A stretch of DNA of 36,402 nucleotides from Desulfobacterales bacterium (GCA_050123915.1 JASFGF010000001.1:1-36402); one strand, 5' to 3'. Shown: positions 18,253-27,739, counted from the stretch's first letter. The notes: generated by a model from the sequence alone, not told the origin. Made by a program: numbers and translations.

Positions 18253-19011
18253 CTATTTAGGTCGCCTGACTTGATCCAACGTTCGGATTCCGAAGCTGTT
18301 TGAAAAAAGAGATGCTGAAAATACGTAAGCAAGATGATTTAGAAGTTCACTCATTAAAAAATTAATTTTTTCAAAACGCCTTTTGTCAGAGAATATCTCA
18401 GCAGGTGACTGAATAAAAGGACCTTTTGAAATGTCATCCTTACAATTGGCGATTAAATCCTTTGCACTTTGTTCCATTGTTTCAAGGTGAAACTGTAATG
18501 CCACAACATGATCATCATAGATAAAACCTTGATTCTCACAGGCTGCGCTTTTGGCAATGTGGACTGCGCCTGCGGGAATATCGAACGTATCTCCATGCCA
18601 GTGGAAAGCATCGATTTCTTCGGGAAGGAAATCAGCAAGCCGTGTTTGAGCTGTTTCATAGGTTTTTTGAATGGGAAACCATCCAATTTCTTTATATTTG
18701 TTAGGATAAATTTTTGCACCCAAAACATCCGCTATCAATTGAGCACCCAGGCAAATTCCCAGAACGATTTTTTCTTGTACCACGGCCTGTTCAATGTAAT
18801 TTTTTTCTACGCAAAGCCACGGGTATTTATCCTCTTCGTAAATGCTCATTGGGCCGCCCAGAACGATAAGCCAATCGATATCATCAAGATTCGGAAACGG
18901 ATCTTCGGCAAAAAGCCGTGTTGATGTAATGTCATACGCCATCTTTTTTGCCCACGGCTCGATGCTGCCAGGGCCTTCAAATGAAACATGCTGGAAATAA
19001 TGTAAACGCAT
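18253..19011 (-). CDS. class I glutamine amidotransferase-like protein (GMP-synthase-type GATase domain only)
   Basis: Nucleophile elbow VLGICLGAQLIA, a later HWHGD motif, and LQFHLE (His/Glu of the triad). Confidence 0.75.
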   Translation of the reverse strand: MRLHYFQHVSFEGPGSIEPWAKKMAYDITSTRLFAEDPFPNLDDIDWLIVLGGPMSIYEEDKYPWLCVEKNYIEQAVVQEKIVLGICLGAQLIADVLGAKIYPNKYKEIGWFPIQKTYETAQTRLADFLPEEIDAFHWHGDTFDIPAGAVHIAKSAACENQGFIYDDHVVALQFHLETMEQSAKDLIANCKDDISKGPFIQSPAEIFSDKRRFEKINFLMSELLNHLAYVFSASLFSNSFGIRTLDQVRRPK

Positions 19012-19152
19012 GATGGTTTCCTTTAAAACATAAAAAGATCTGACTAAAAAATCAAAACTTTCTATAATAATATATTATATTGTCAAGTCTTTTGTTAAAT
19101 TAAAACAGACCCATGAAAACAAAATTTAGCCGAACGGCGGGATTGTTTTATA

Positions 19153-19182
19153 TTGACAATCAATACCACATCGTAGTAAAAA
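19153..19182 (+). promoter_or_regulatory. candidate sigma-70 promoter for cysE
   Basis: TTGACA (19153-19158), an 18-nt spacer, then TAAAAA (19177-19182). This is about 38 nt upstream of the ATG at 19220. It rests on a pattern match only. Confidence 0.3.
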
Positions 19183-19219
19183 TATTGTTCATGGATATCA
19201 AAACTTTGGAGACATACCA

Positions 19220-20170
19220 ATGGAAAAAAACATTAAAAAATCTGATCATTCCTGCCGAATCGATGCGGAATCTTTGAGCAGATTCAAACAACAACTTCCC
19301 GATGTTACTGAAAGTATTATCGCCAGCTGTTACGACAAAGAAAGCTTTACCCATATCGACTACGAGCCGATTCCTTCTGAGGGGTACGTCGTTGATATCA
19401 TTCATAAATTGAGAGAAATCCTTTTTCCGGGATATTTTACACGGGAAAAAATCGACCCCGTCAACCTGAAATACTACATGGGTCAGGCGGTTTCGGTTTT
19501 ATTTGACATGTTGTCGGTTCAGATCGCCCATAGCATTCGGCACGATTGTTTCAGATACGATCTCCCTTGCACGGAATGTGATGAACAAGGACAAAAAATA
19601 GCCCTTGATCTTTTGGATTCCATTCCATCCATCAGAAAAACACTGGCGACAGACGTTCTGGCGGTATATGAAGGGGATCCCGCAGCCAAAAGCCATGATG
19701 AAATTATTTTCAGCTATCCCGGCATCTTTGCCATAACCGTTTTTCGGGTGGCCCATAAACTTTTTGAACTTCAGGTCCCGCTTCTGCCCCGAATTATGAC
19801 GGAACATGCGCACAGTCTAACCGGTATCGATATTCATCCCGGCGCTGATATCGGAGAAAGTTTTGTGATCGATCATGGAACCGGCGTGGTGATCGGAGAA
19901 ACCACCGTTATCGGTAAAAATGTTCGAATCTATCAAGGCGTCACCCTTGGCGCCCTTTCACTTCCAAAAGATGCCGGAGAACGACTGAGGGGTAAGAAAC
20001 GCCATCCAACCATTGAAGACGACGTCATTGTGTATTCGGGCGCAACCATTCTGGGTGGTGACACCGTTATCGGCAAACGTTCCGTCATTGGGGGAAATGT
20101 CTGGATTACCAAATCGGTACCTCCGGATACCAAGGTGATTATGGAAACACCAAAGCTGGTTTACCGATAG
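19220..20170 (+). CDS. cysE: serine O-acetyltransferase (long N-terminal form)
   Basis: Left-handed beta-helix hexapeptide repeats IHPGADIGESFVIDHGTGVVIGETTVIGKNVRIYQGVTLG ... HPTIEDDVIVYSGATILGG. Confidence 0.85.
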   Translation: MEKNIKKSDHSCRIDAESLSRFKQQLPDVTESIIASCYDKESFTHIDYEPIPSEGYVVDIIHKLREILFPGYFTREKIDPVNLKYYMGQAVSVLFDMLSVQIAHSIRHDCFRYDLPCTECDEQGQKIALDLLDSIPSIRKTLATDVLAVYEGDPAAKSHDEIIFSYPGIFAITVFRVAHKLFELQVPLLPRIMTEHAHSLTGIDIHPGADIGESFVIDHGTGVVIGETTVIGKNVRIYQGVTLGALSLPKDAGERLRGKKRHPTIEDDVIVYSGATILGGDTVIGKRSVIGGNVWITKSVPPDTKVIMETPKLVYR

Positions 20171-20203
20171 TTTGAGATGAATAGGCAGCAAATGATGGTG
20201 CCA

Positions 20204-22195
20204 TTAAGCAGAAGGATGAGGGTTGGCTTGTCCGCTTGTTTCGAACCCACGCAGTAAAGCCTTTCGCGTCTCAAGGCGTGCCTTTATTTTGGGGAACTGA
20301 TCCATGTCGGTATGCGGTAGAAACAGAGCAGCCACATAATTGTCCATAAAAGACGGGGTCTCTGACAGTTCGAAATTTGTCATCCGCTTGGTAACCTCAA
20401 CAACGTCTTTTCTGATACGGTTGGTCAGACAGCTCATCTTTGCACCCAACAAAGATCCATTGCCGACAAACCGAATCCGATCCGGATCTATCTCCGGCAA
20501 CAGTCCGATAACCATCGCCTTTTCAAGATCCACATAACTACCAAACCCGCCTGCCAGATAAATGCGGTCAATGTCTTTAATCTTGAGGCCCACTTCCTCG
20601 AGAAGGGTCATGCAACCGCTGTATATAGCCCCCTTTGCCCGGATGAGATTATCAAGGTCCGGTTCTGTGAGCGTAATATCCCGGTCGATCTGGGTTTCCT
20701 GCTTCCATACAAGCACATACTCATAAATACCGTTGGTTTCCCGTATACGGGATGTATTGAGGTCTCGATTGAATTTACCCCGGTTATCGATAACACCCAT
20801 TTCAAACATGGTGGCTGCAATGATAATGAGTCCTGAACCACAGATACCTTTGGGTCGAACATTACCGATGGTGATATTCATCGGCTCAAATGATACCGGA
20901 TCCATGGAAAAATCCTCAATGGCGCCTTTGGCGGCCCGCATGCCAAATTTAACCCCACCCCCTTCAAATGCCGGACCGGCGGAACAGGAGGCACAGGCCA
21001 GCCAATCCTTATTTCCAATGACAATTTCGGCATTGGTTCCGATATCCATAAATAATGTCAGTTCTTCAGTGCGATACATTCCTGATCCCATGACACCCGC
21101 CACGATATCACCTCCCACATAACTTGAAATCGCCGGGTACACCAAGGCCGTTACATGATCTCCCAAGGCAATCCCCAGCTCGATGGCCTTTATGGGCGGA
21201 TAGAGGGTCGAGGAGGGCACATAGGGTGACAGCCGGATGTACTTGGGGTTAACCTTCAGCATGAGTTGCGTCATTGTTGTATTTCCTGCCATGGTAATCG
21301 TGGAAATTTCGTCCGGATCGATCCTTGCTTTTTTTACCATTTTTTTAATTAATTTGTTGATGTTGGCGATGACCACTCCATGAAGCTTATCAAGACCGCC
21401 CGGTTTCCCCGCATAAATAATTCTGCTGATAATATCTTCGCCGTAGCTGATCTGTCCGTTGTAATCACCAAATTGAGCCAGGACATCGCCCGTTATAAGA
21501 TCAACCAACTGCGTATATACGGTTGTTGTGCCGACATCCACGGCAACGGCATAGTTCCGGTCAGTGGTATCCCCGGGCTGAACATGTATGATATGCGTCT
21601 TTCTTCCGGATTGCACCGGTCGGGCGAGCGTGGTGGTTACTTTAAAATCGCCTTGTCTTAATATATCGGATATCTTCTGGATCACCGGAAGTTGAACCAC
21701 CAGACGATGTTCATCGTGTTTTGCTTTTAAAAAAGAAATCAACCGTGTGACATCCGGAAGGTTATCCTGAGGGGTCGGTTCTGGAAGTTCGAGATATTTT
21801 TTTTCCACCGGAGGCATGAAAAGGCCTTTGTCCTTCAATTCTTCGAGATTCATTTCCCAAATTCTAGCTGTCTTTCGGGGCGTTTTTTGTAAGTTGAGCA
21901 CGCCGGCATCAACGTCTGATTCTATGGGAATGCGAACCACAAGATCACTTAAAACATGGGACATACATGCCTGCCGGTACCCTTTTTCAATATCTTTTTG
22001 ATCTAATTTTTCGGTGATGCCGCCGTCAACATGTCCATCTTCGATAATCACGCGGCACTTCCCGCAAACGCCTTCTCCACCACAGGATGCATTAATATGA
22101 ACCCCGGCTTCCATGGCGGCACGGATTAGATTTTCTCCTTTAATAACGGCAATTTTAATATTATGTGGCAAAAATAATATGTTACATTTATCCAT
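20204..22195 (-). CDS. RACo-type corrinoid activation/regeneration protein (N-terminal 2Fe-2S ferredoxin + ASKHA/DUF4445 ATPase)
   Basis: Plant-type ferredoxin cluster motif NASCGGEGVCGKCRV. ASKHA phosphate motifs AVDVGTTTV and MDIGTNAEIV. Length 663 aa. Confidence 0.8.
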   Translation of the reverse strand: MDKCNILFLPHNIKIAVIKGENLIRAAMEAGVHINASCGGEGVCGKCRVIIEDGHVDGGITEKLDQKDIEKGYRQACMSHVLSDLVVRIPIESDVDAGVLNLQKTPRKTARIWEMNLEELKDKGLFMPPVEKKYLELPEPTPQDNLPDVTRLISFLKAKHDEHRLVVQLPVIQKISDILRQGDFKVTTTLARPVQSGRKTHIIHVQPGDTTDRNYAVAVDVGTTTVYTQLVDLITGDVLAQFGDYNGQISYGEDIISRIIYAGKPGGLDKLHGVVIANINKLIKKMVKKARIDPDEISTITMAGNTTMTQLMLKVNPKYIRLSPYVPSSTLYPPIKAIELGIALGDHVTALVYPAISSYVGGDIVAGVMGSGMYRTEELTLFMDIGTNAEIVIGNKDWLACASCSAGPAFEGGGVKFGMRAAKGAIEDFSMDPVSFEPMNITIGNVRPKGICGSGLIIIAATMFEMGVIDNRGKFNRDLNTSRIRETNGIYEYVLVWKQETQIDRDITLTEPDLDNLIRAKGAIYSGCMTLLEEVGLKIKDIDRIYLAGGFGSYVDLEKAMVIGLLPEIDPDRIRFVGNGSLLGAKMSCLTNRIRKDVVEVTKRMTNFELSETPSFMDNYVAALFLPHTDMDQFPKIKARLETRKALLRGFETSGQANPHPSA

Positions 22196-22246
22196 TGCTA
22201 TGAATCCAGCCTTTCAAGAATGGGTTAACAGATAACGTCAAAGGGA

Positions 22247-22723
22247 CTAAATCTTCTCCATCGCCCCGTATGCGGCCTGTATTCTATCTCGAAGTAAAAA
22301 ACAGAGTCTTTCCATTAGATTAAATCCAAGTTCTGCGTTGCCGATCATCATCCGCCTTAACTCAGCTCCTTTTATGGCCACAACCTTTGTCGGCTGTTTA
22401 CAAACCGCCGAAGACATGAGGATATGGGGCATGTCCAATAGTGTTGACCAGCATCCCAAGACCCTTCCTTTTCCAAGGATTTCGATGACGACATTACCTT
22501 TGTGGGCACCCAAATCCACGGTTCTTTCCAGATATATCTGTCCATCAACAATAATATAAAGATGCTCTCCATAATCCCCTTGACGAAAAACATATTCTCC
22601 ATCTTGATATGTCATCATCTTGCCTAGGTTCGAAATCTCAGACAATTCATGTGTTTCCATCAATTCGAAAAACTCGCAACTTCTCAACGTATGTTCCACT
22701 TCCATAAGGACCACCTCATTCAT
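22247..22723 (-). CDS. stand-alone cyclic-nucleotide-binding (cNMP / Crp N-terminal type) domain protein, no DNA-binding domain
   Basis: Beta-barrel pattern YQDGEYVFRQGDYGEHLYIIVDGQIYL ... LGKGRVLG. At 158 aa it ends after the C-helix. Confidence 0.7.
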   Translation of the reverse strand: MNEVVLMEVEHTLRSCEFFELMETHELSEISNLGKMMTYQDGEYVFRQGDYGEHLYIIVDGQIYLERTVDLGAHKGNVVIEILGKGRVLGCWSTLLDMPHILMSSAVCKQPTKVVAIKGAELRRMMIGNAELGFNLMERLCFLLRDRIQAAYGAMEKI

Positions 22724-22808
22724 TTTTTACATTTTCATGTAATTATAACCTATTCTGACAGTCTGTATGGATTTGTCAAGCATGCAGAATAGATCATCAT
22801 GAATTGTC

Positions 22809-23477
22809 TTAGGCGTCTTGGGTCTTAAGCACGGACAGTCCTTTTGTCAGCTCCATCAAAACGCCCAGACCATCCTTGACTTCAGGATTTCCCATGGCCC
22901 ACAGCAACCCCCATGCACCTGCAGGTTTTGCATGGGAAAGATCCACGCGTGACGGAATCTCGGCGGCTCTGTCCAACAAATCCAATGCCTCAGGTGTGGT
23001 CAGTTTCTTGAAAATGCCAAGAAGCTTTACCAGCCCGTCTCCGATTTGCACCATGTCTTCGGCCGTGTATGTTTCAGCTGTTTTTTTAATGATTTCCAAA
23101 GAAGATCTTAAGAGAGTAAATACACCTTTCTTCTCCAGGTCATCCATATAAAAAATCATTTGTGGAACCGTGGATTTGAGTAAAGGTTCTGCTATCAAAA
23201 CAAAATCAATAATATTTTTTAATTGATCGATAGAATACGTCAGAATTCGGACATTTCTCAAGGCCTTTTTAATGAGAAACAACAGGTCTTCCAGCTGAAA
23301 ATCAGCCTCAATGTCGACAAGTTCAACAATAAGAGCCTTGACCGCTTCATTGACCCGGGGGGCCAATTCATCTCTGAGTTCACTGATGGATCTGGCAGAA
23401 TCGGAAAGCGGTGCCATCTCCTTTTCCAGCTGTTCGAGTCGATTTAGAACGATGTCTTCATGATTCATGGCCGTCAC
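22809..23477 (-). CDS. DUF1641-type helical protein
   Basis: It is all-helical and 222 aa long. It sits 5 nt downstream of an SQR/NDH-2-family flavoprotein, which is the usual partner of DUF1641 (assignment from memory of the family). Confidence 0.5.
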   Translation of the reverse strand: MTAMNHEDIVLNRLEQLEKEMAPLSDSARSISELRDELAPRVNEAVKALIVELVDIEADFQLEDLLFLIKKALRNVRILTYSIDQLKNIIDFVLIAEPLLKSTVPQMIFYMDDLEKKGVFTLLRSSLEIIKKTAETYTAEDMVQIGDGLVKLLGIFKKLTTPEALDLLDRAAEIPSRVDLSHAKPAGAWGLLWAMGNPEVKDGLGVLMELTKGLSVLKTQDA

Positions 23478-23482
23478 CTCCT

Positions 23483-24718
23483 TTATGCCACTTTTCGTAA
23501 TTTTCCGGCAATGTTCATTTGCGGTTCCAGCGGCAGGTCAAGGCCTTTCATCATCAGGTTCCAGTACACCCACCGAAACATCATTTTTCCCCAGTGGTTG
23601 TTTAAGCTCTCCTGTAGCAGGGAAAAGGGCCCCATTCCGGGAAATGGAAACTTGCCGGGCAACGGCTCCACATCGTAATTAAAATCAAGAAGAATGGCCT
23701 TTTCAAAACCAGATGCCAGAAAACAGGTGGCATGACCGTCAAAGGTGGGCTTGGCTTCATGGCCGTCGATCTCTCGAATCAGGTTCTCAACCAGTGTATA
23801 GGCCTGGTAATGGGCGACGGAACCGGCTTTTGATGTAGGTACATTGGTGGTATCTCCAACCACAAATACCCGATCGAATTTTTCAGCCTTTAGGGTATGG
23901 TTGTCCGTAGGCACAAACCCCACTGCATCTGAAATACCCGAATCGATCAGCGCTTTATCCCCCACATTGGGGGGAATGGCCACCAGAAGATCGTATCCAA
24001 CCTTATCCCCTTTGCCGGATTCAATGGTTTTTTCATTGGCGTTCACCTGGGCCAGGTCAAAATACGGCGTCACCTTAATATTCTTCTTGGCGGCAAACTC
24101 TGCCAAAATCCCGGCAGCCACGGGTTTGGTAAACACATTGTCCAGGGGCGTTACGAATTCTATCTCCACTTTATCCCGAACCCCATTGGCCGTAAAAAAC
24201 CAGTCCGCCATGAACACAAACTCCAGCGGTGCAATGGGACATTTAAATGGAAATTCGGCAATGTTTAACACCACCTTGCCGGAATCAAAGTATTTCAACT
24301 TCTTATAAAGTTCCAACGAGCCTTCCAAAGTGTAAAAATCGAAAATGTCTTTACCCCATCCATCCATCATGCCGTCGATTTCCCCAGGGGCAATATCGCA
24401 TCCTGTGGCGATCACCAGCCAGTCGTAATCATATTGACCTCCTGTTTCGGTTTTCACACGCCGTTCATCGGTGTTAATTTTGACCACGTTGTCCAGAACA
24501 AAATCGACTCCCTTGGGGATGAATTCCTTTTTGGGTTTGACGACGTCGTGTTCCGCGTAAACACCGAACGGTATGAATAAATAACCGGCCTGGTAGTGGT
24601 GCTGCTCTTTCCGATCGATAATGGTGATTTCCCATTCGGACTCAACCAACTCTTTCCGAAGCATATTGGCCACAATCGTACCGCCTGCGCCCGAGCCCAA
24701 TATTAATATTTTTCTCAT
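23483..24718 (-). CDS. FAD-dependent pyridine nucleotide-disulfide oxidoreductase, sulfide:quinone oxidoreductase (SQR)-like
   Basis: FAD dinucleotide motif KILILGSGAGGT. Candidate redox cysteines lie in FPFKCPIAPLE and GHATCFLASG. A second Rossmann-like segment is VFVVGD. Confidence 0.75.
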   Translation of the reverse strand: MRKILILGSGAGGTIVANMLRKELVESEWEITIIDRKEQHHYQAGYLFIPFGVYAEHDVVKPKKEFIPKGVDFVLDNVVKINTDERRVKTETGGQYDYDWLVIATGCDIAPGEIDGMMDGWGKDIFDFYTLEGSLELYKKLKYFDSGKVVLNIAEFPFKCPIAPLEFVFMADWFFTANGVRDKVEIEFVTPLDNVFTKPVAAGILAEFAAKKNIKVTPYFDLAQVNANEKTIESGKGDKVGYDLLVAIPPNVGDKALIDSGISDAVGFVPTDNHTLKAEKFDRVFVVGDTTNVPTSKAGSVAHYQAYTLVENLIREIDGHEAKPTFDGHATCFLASGFEKAILLDFNYDVEPLPGKFPFPGMGPFSLLQESLNNHWGKMMFRWVYWNLMMKGLDLPLEPQMNIAGKLRKVA

Positions 24719-24920
24719 AATGCCTCCATCATTTTATTATAGGTTAACTCATATTTAAAATCATGCGTGTTTAAGGTGAGCCAAGGTATAACCAATTAAA
24801 ATTTTATGTCACCTAACGGTGATAAAAGTAAAATATCTGACAGGTTGAGTGGACGAGTGCGTGTATTTCAGTATTGTCTTCACAGAGAAATTCAGCACCG
24901 ATTTTAACTTAAAAGGTGCC

Positions 24921-24968
24921 TAAAAGAGCGGGGGAAGTTCAGAATTCTTACAGCACTGACCCCCGCTC
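24921..24968 (-). terminator. rho-independent terminator downstream of the octahaem cytochrome gene
   Basis: On the minus strand, gagcggggg pairs with cccccgctc (9 bp; 24926-24934 with 24960-24968), with a further 4-bp inner helix, followed by TTTTA (24921-24925). Confidence 0.55.
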
Positions 24969-25009
24969 AAACAAAAGAACGGGAGTCAGTTCTATAAGTT
25001 GACAGATAA

Positions 25010-26410
25010 TTACTTGTTGCCGAAGATTTCTGGTGGCTTTTGTGTGTCTCCTGTAGCATTGGGAAAGTCTTTAGCGACATAAGCCTTTTTACCGGTTTCG
25101 ATCAGGTGATTGGCCTCTTCCATATAGTTGATAAAACGCAATTTGCATTCATAAAATCCGTGCCACCAGGCGTAGTCCGGGGCCATCATCATGGTTCCCA
25201 TTCGGGCACGCCGGCCCTCGTGATGCCAAAGTTCATAGAAATCTACTTCGAGGCGCTCGTCGAAAAATTTGGTCTTGTCCAGCAGTCCTTTTTCATAAAG
25301 CTCTCCCAGTTTTGCCTTGGCCGGTTTGAAATAGATTTCGTTGTAGTCTTTTACTGCTTTATCGAATCCATCATAAAAATCGTTGATCCAAGAATCACCA
25401 TGGCAGGCACGGCAAACATTCTTCATTTTTTCCCGTTCTACTTTCCAGTCGCCTCCCGAGGGAAATGGTTTAAAATCTTGGGGGCGAATTGTCAGCGGTG
25501 CCTGAGTCTCCCAGGAAAGACGCTCGGTCACATCATGGGTCCCCATGACTTTTCCGGAACCGGACATGTGACAGGCGGCACAGGTCGGTGCACGATAATC
25601 CGTGCCCGGTGTCCAAGTGCCGGGTGCTGCGTTAAAATTGTATTCGTCTTTATAGGCATGGTACATCGTTCCGTGCTTGGACTCTTCATAAATTTCGATT
25701 TGCGGATGATCAGGTCCCAAGTGGCACTGGTCGCACGCCTCGGGCATTCTTGCTTCAGCCACAGAAAAGCGGTGTCGGGTATGACACGATGTGCACGACC
25801 CCTTACTCCCGTCAACATTCAGTCTTCCAACACCGACATTGGGCCAAGTGGCAGGATCCACGGTGCCTTTTTTGTCAAGCTTGATTACTGTTCCATGGCA
25901 GTTCAAGCAACCAGTTTTTCGCTCGTTGTCCGAGTTCATGCCCTTGTTCAGCCAGGGGTCCAATTTCCATATGATCTCGATGGTGTTGGCATGCTTACTC
26001 TTGCTGTACTGAGTCACCTCGTCGGGATGGCATCGGGAGCAGTCCTTCGGCGTGACGATAGCGGCGATGGGCACCTTGTACTTCTGCTCTCCGTAGGGAA
26101 GATCCTTTTGGCTGTAGTACTTCTCATGTGCTTTGGCCACATCGGTATCGCCAGGTTGGGCCAGATGGCAGTCCAGGCAGGTGATGCCGGCACTGGCGTG
26201 ACGGCTTCGGGCCCAGTCGTCAAAAATCCCGGGGTTAGTGGCCTTGTGGCATTCGATGCATGCCACCGCCTCGGGCGGTATGCTGCGCTCGATCCGAAAC
26301 TCCTTCACCTTGGGGAAGTTTTGCTGTGCATTAACCGACCGAACGGCACCTGGCAGTACCAGACTGACCGTCAGCAAAACAACCGAGATGAATACAAATT
26401 TTTGCCTCAT
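25010..26410 (-). CDS. HAO-family octahaem cytochrome c (hydroxylamine oxidoreductase-like; probably reductive, epsilon-Hao-like)
   Basis: Eight CxxCH motifs: CIECH, CLDCH, CSRCH, CLNCH, CTSCH, CDQCH, CAACH, CRACH. It has a signal peptide and the HAO-like segment CDQCHLGPDHPQIEIYEESKHG. I prefer the ATG at 26410, which has AAAGGAG upstream, over the track start at 26455. Confidence 0.75.
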   Translation of the reverse strand: MRQKFVFISVVLLTVSLVLPGAVRSVNAQQNFPKVKEFRIERSIPPEAVACIECHKATNPGIFDDWARSRHASAGITCLDCHLAQPGDTDVAKAHEKYYSQKDLPYGEQKYKVPIAAIVTPKDCSRCHPDEVTQYSKSKHANTIEIIWKLDPWLNKGMNSDNERKTGCLNCHGTVIKLDKKGTVDPATWPNVGVGRLNVDGSKGSCTSCHTRHRFSVAEARMPEACDQCHLGPDHPQIEIYEESKHGTMYHAYKDEYNFNAAPGTWTPGTDYRAPTCAACHMSGSGKVMGTHDVTERLSWETQAPLTIRPQDFKPFPSGGDWKVEREKMKNVCRACHGDSWINDFYDGFDKAVKDYNEIYFKPAKAKLGELYEKGLLDKTKFFDERLEVDFYELWHHEGRRARMGTMMMAPDYAWWHGFYECKLRFINYMEEANHLIETGKKAYVAKDFPNATGDTQKPPEIFGNK

Positions 26411-26464
26411 GGTCTTTCTCCTTTCGATTAAAAAGAGATGGGTCACTCTATTCATATCGGCTGA

Positions 26465-27028
26465 TTACAGTTTTCGAAGGCCTTTGGCCTGATAGGGAAG
26501 TCGCCGATACTGTTTGTACATGATGGACATACTCTCATTGTGAACCAGATCGTAATGACAGTCCACGCACTTTTTTTCATAGCCCTGACGAGCATAGATC
26601 ACCGACCGGTGTGCCAGCATGGCACCTCGCTTGCCAGGCATGGCGAGCAGATTTCTATGGCACTTCTGGCACTGAGCATTGTCAAAGGAGTCGTAGGCCG
26701 CCTCCCTATTTTTTTTACGGTCGTATTCTTTTATTAAGAAATGCTTAACCACGTCCTTGGCACCGTGATAGGTTTTGGCAAAGAAAAAATCAAACGTCTT
26801 GTGGGGAGCCGGCAGGTGACAGTCCATGCAGTCAGCCACGAATCCCTGGGCATTGTTGACATGGGTGGAAGATCGCCAGGCAATCACTGCCGGTTTGATC
26901 TCGTGGCACGTGGCACAAAAATCGGGAGTGGAGGTTCGCACCATGGTATAGTACGTCATACTAAACAGCGGAAAAGCGATGATAACACCCAATAAAACGA
27001 GAGACGCCCATATGAAGTGTTTTTTCAT
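26465..27028 (-). CDS. NapC/NirT/NrfH-family membrane-anchored tetrahaem cytochrome c (quinol dehydrogenase)
   Basis: N-terminal TM helix plus four CxxCH motifs (CATCH, CMDCH, CQKCH, CVDCH) in 187 aa. It lies 54 nt upstream of the octahaem gene. Confidence 0.85.
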   Translation of the reverse strand: MKKHFIWASLVLLGVIIAFPLFSMTYYTMVRTSTPDFCATCHEIKPAVIAWRSSTHVNNAQGFVADCMDCHLPAPHKTFDFFFAKTYHGAKDVVKHFLIKEYDRKKNREAAYDSFDNAQCQKCHRNLLAMPGKRGAMLAHRSVIYARQGYEKKCVDCHYDLVHNESMSIMYKQYRRLPYQAKGLRKL

Positions 27029-27121
27029 GATGTTGCTTTAAAGTTCGACTTGTAATTATGCCTAATAGACCGGTTTGGATACAAAGAATCTCTGATAGAT
27101 TTCTATAATTAACTATATCAA

Positions 27122-27135
27122 GTATAATATTATAC
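27122..27135. promoter_or_regulatory. perfect 14-bp palindrome GTATAATATTATAC upstream of the nrfH-like gene
   Basis: gtataat is followed by its reverse complement attatac. On the minus strand it directly follows a TTGACG hexamer, about 95 nt upstream of the ATG at 27028. Confidence 0.2.
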
Positions 27136-27193
27136 CCGTCAAGCAACAAAATTGTAAAAGTTGTAACAGTAAAAATCGTAGCTTAAAAGAGGA

Positions 27194-27724
27194 TTACTGG
27201 ATGGCGCAGTCAAGATTGAAATGTTTGATTAAAAAATCAGCGACTTGTTTAACAGCTTCCAAGGAAAACATCGGCACATCAAGATCGACATTTGAATCGG
27301 TGATAAGAGCTATCAAATGTCTATCGTTTTTGCATAACGGTTCATTCGTGATCTGGGTTCTAAATATCTCCATTTTGGGATGTTCTCCCCGTTTATAGCC
27401 TTCAGTCAATATGATGTCCATTCCGTTGAATATCGGCAATAGCTCATCCGGTTTGTGATCATACGTCACATCCATCACCATTCCGATTTGATACGGTGAT
27501 GAAATAACGGTGGCCGATGCACCGGCATGTTTATGTCGCCAGCTGTCTTTTCCGGGTTTGTCCATTTCAAAGCCATGGACATCGTGTTTAATGGTGCCAA
27601 CCTTCAGACCTCGAGCAATGAGTTCGGGAATCAATTTTTCCAAAAAAGTCGTCTTTCCCGATCCTGAATTGCCGACAACGGAAACAAAAGGGGGGGATGT
27701 TTTTTTCTCTAGTTTTGTTATCAT
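27194..27724 (-). CDS. mobB: molybdopterin-guanine dinucleotide biosynthesis adapter protein MobB
   Basis: Walker A VVGNSGSGKTTF, followed by GTIKHDVHGFEMDKPGKDSWRH. Length 176 aa. Confidence 0.85.
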   Translation of the reverse strand: MITKLEKKTSPPFVSVVGNSGSGKTTFLEKLIPELIARGLKVGTIKHDVHGFEMDKPGKDSWRHKHAGASATVISSPYQIGMVMDVTYDHKPDELLPIFNGMDIILTEGYKRGEHPKMEIFRTQITNEPLCKNDRHLIALITDSNVDLDVPMFSLEAVKQVADFLIKHFNLDCAIQ

Positions 27725-27739
27725 GTTAATATTTACAGG

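Noticed and set aside
25040-26431. A 463-aa ORF on the plus strand, fully antisense to the octahaem cytochrome gene.
   Set aside because: The minus-strand frame carries eight CxxCH motifs, a signal peptide and a strong SD. The plus-strand product is low-complexity (Gly/Val/Ser/Arg-rich) with no motif and no SD. A stop-free antisense frame is expected for a locally GC-rich, codon-biased gene.
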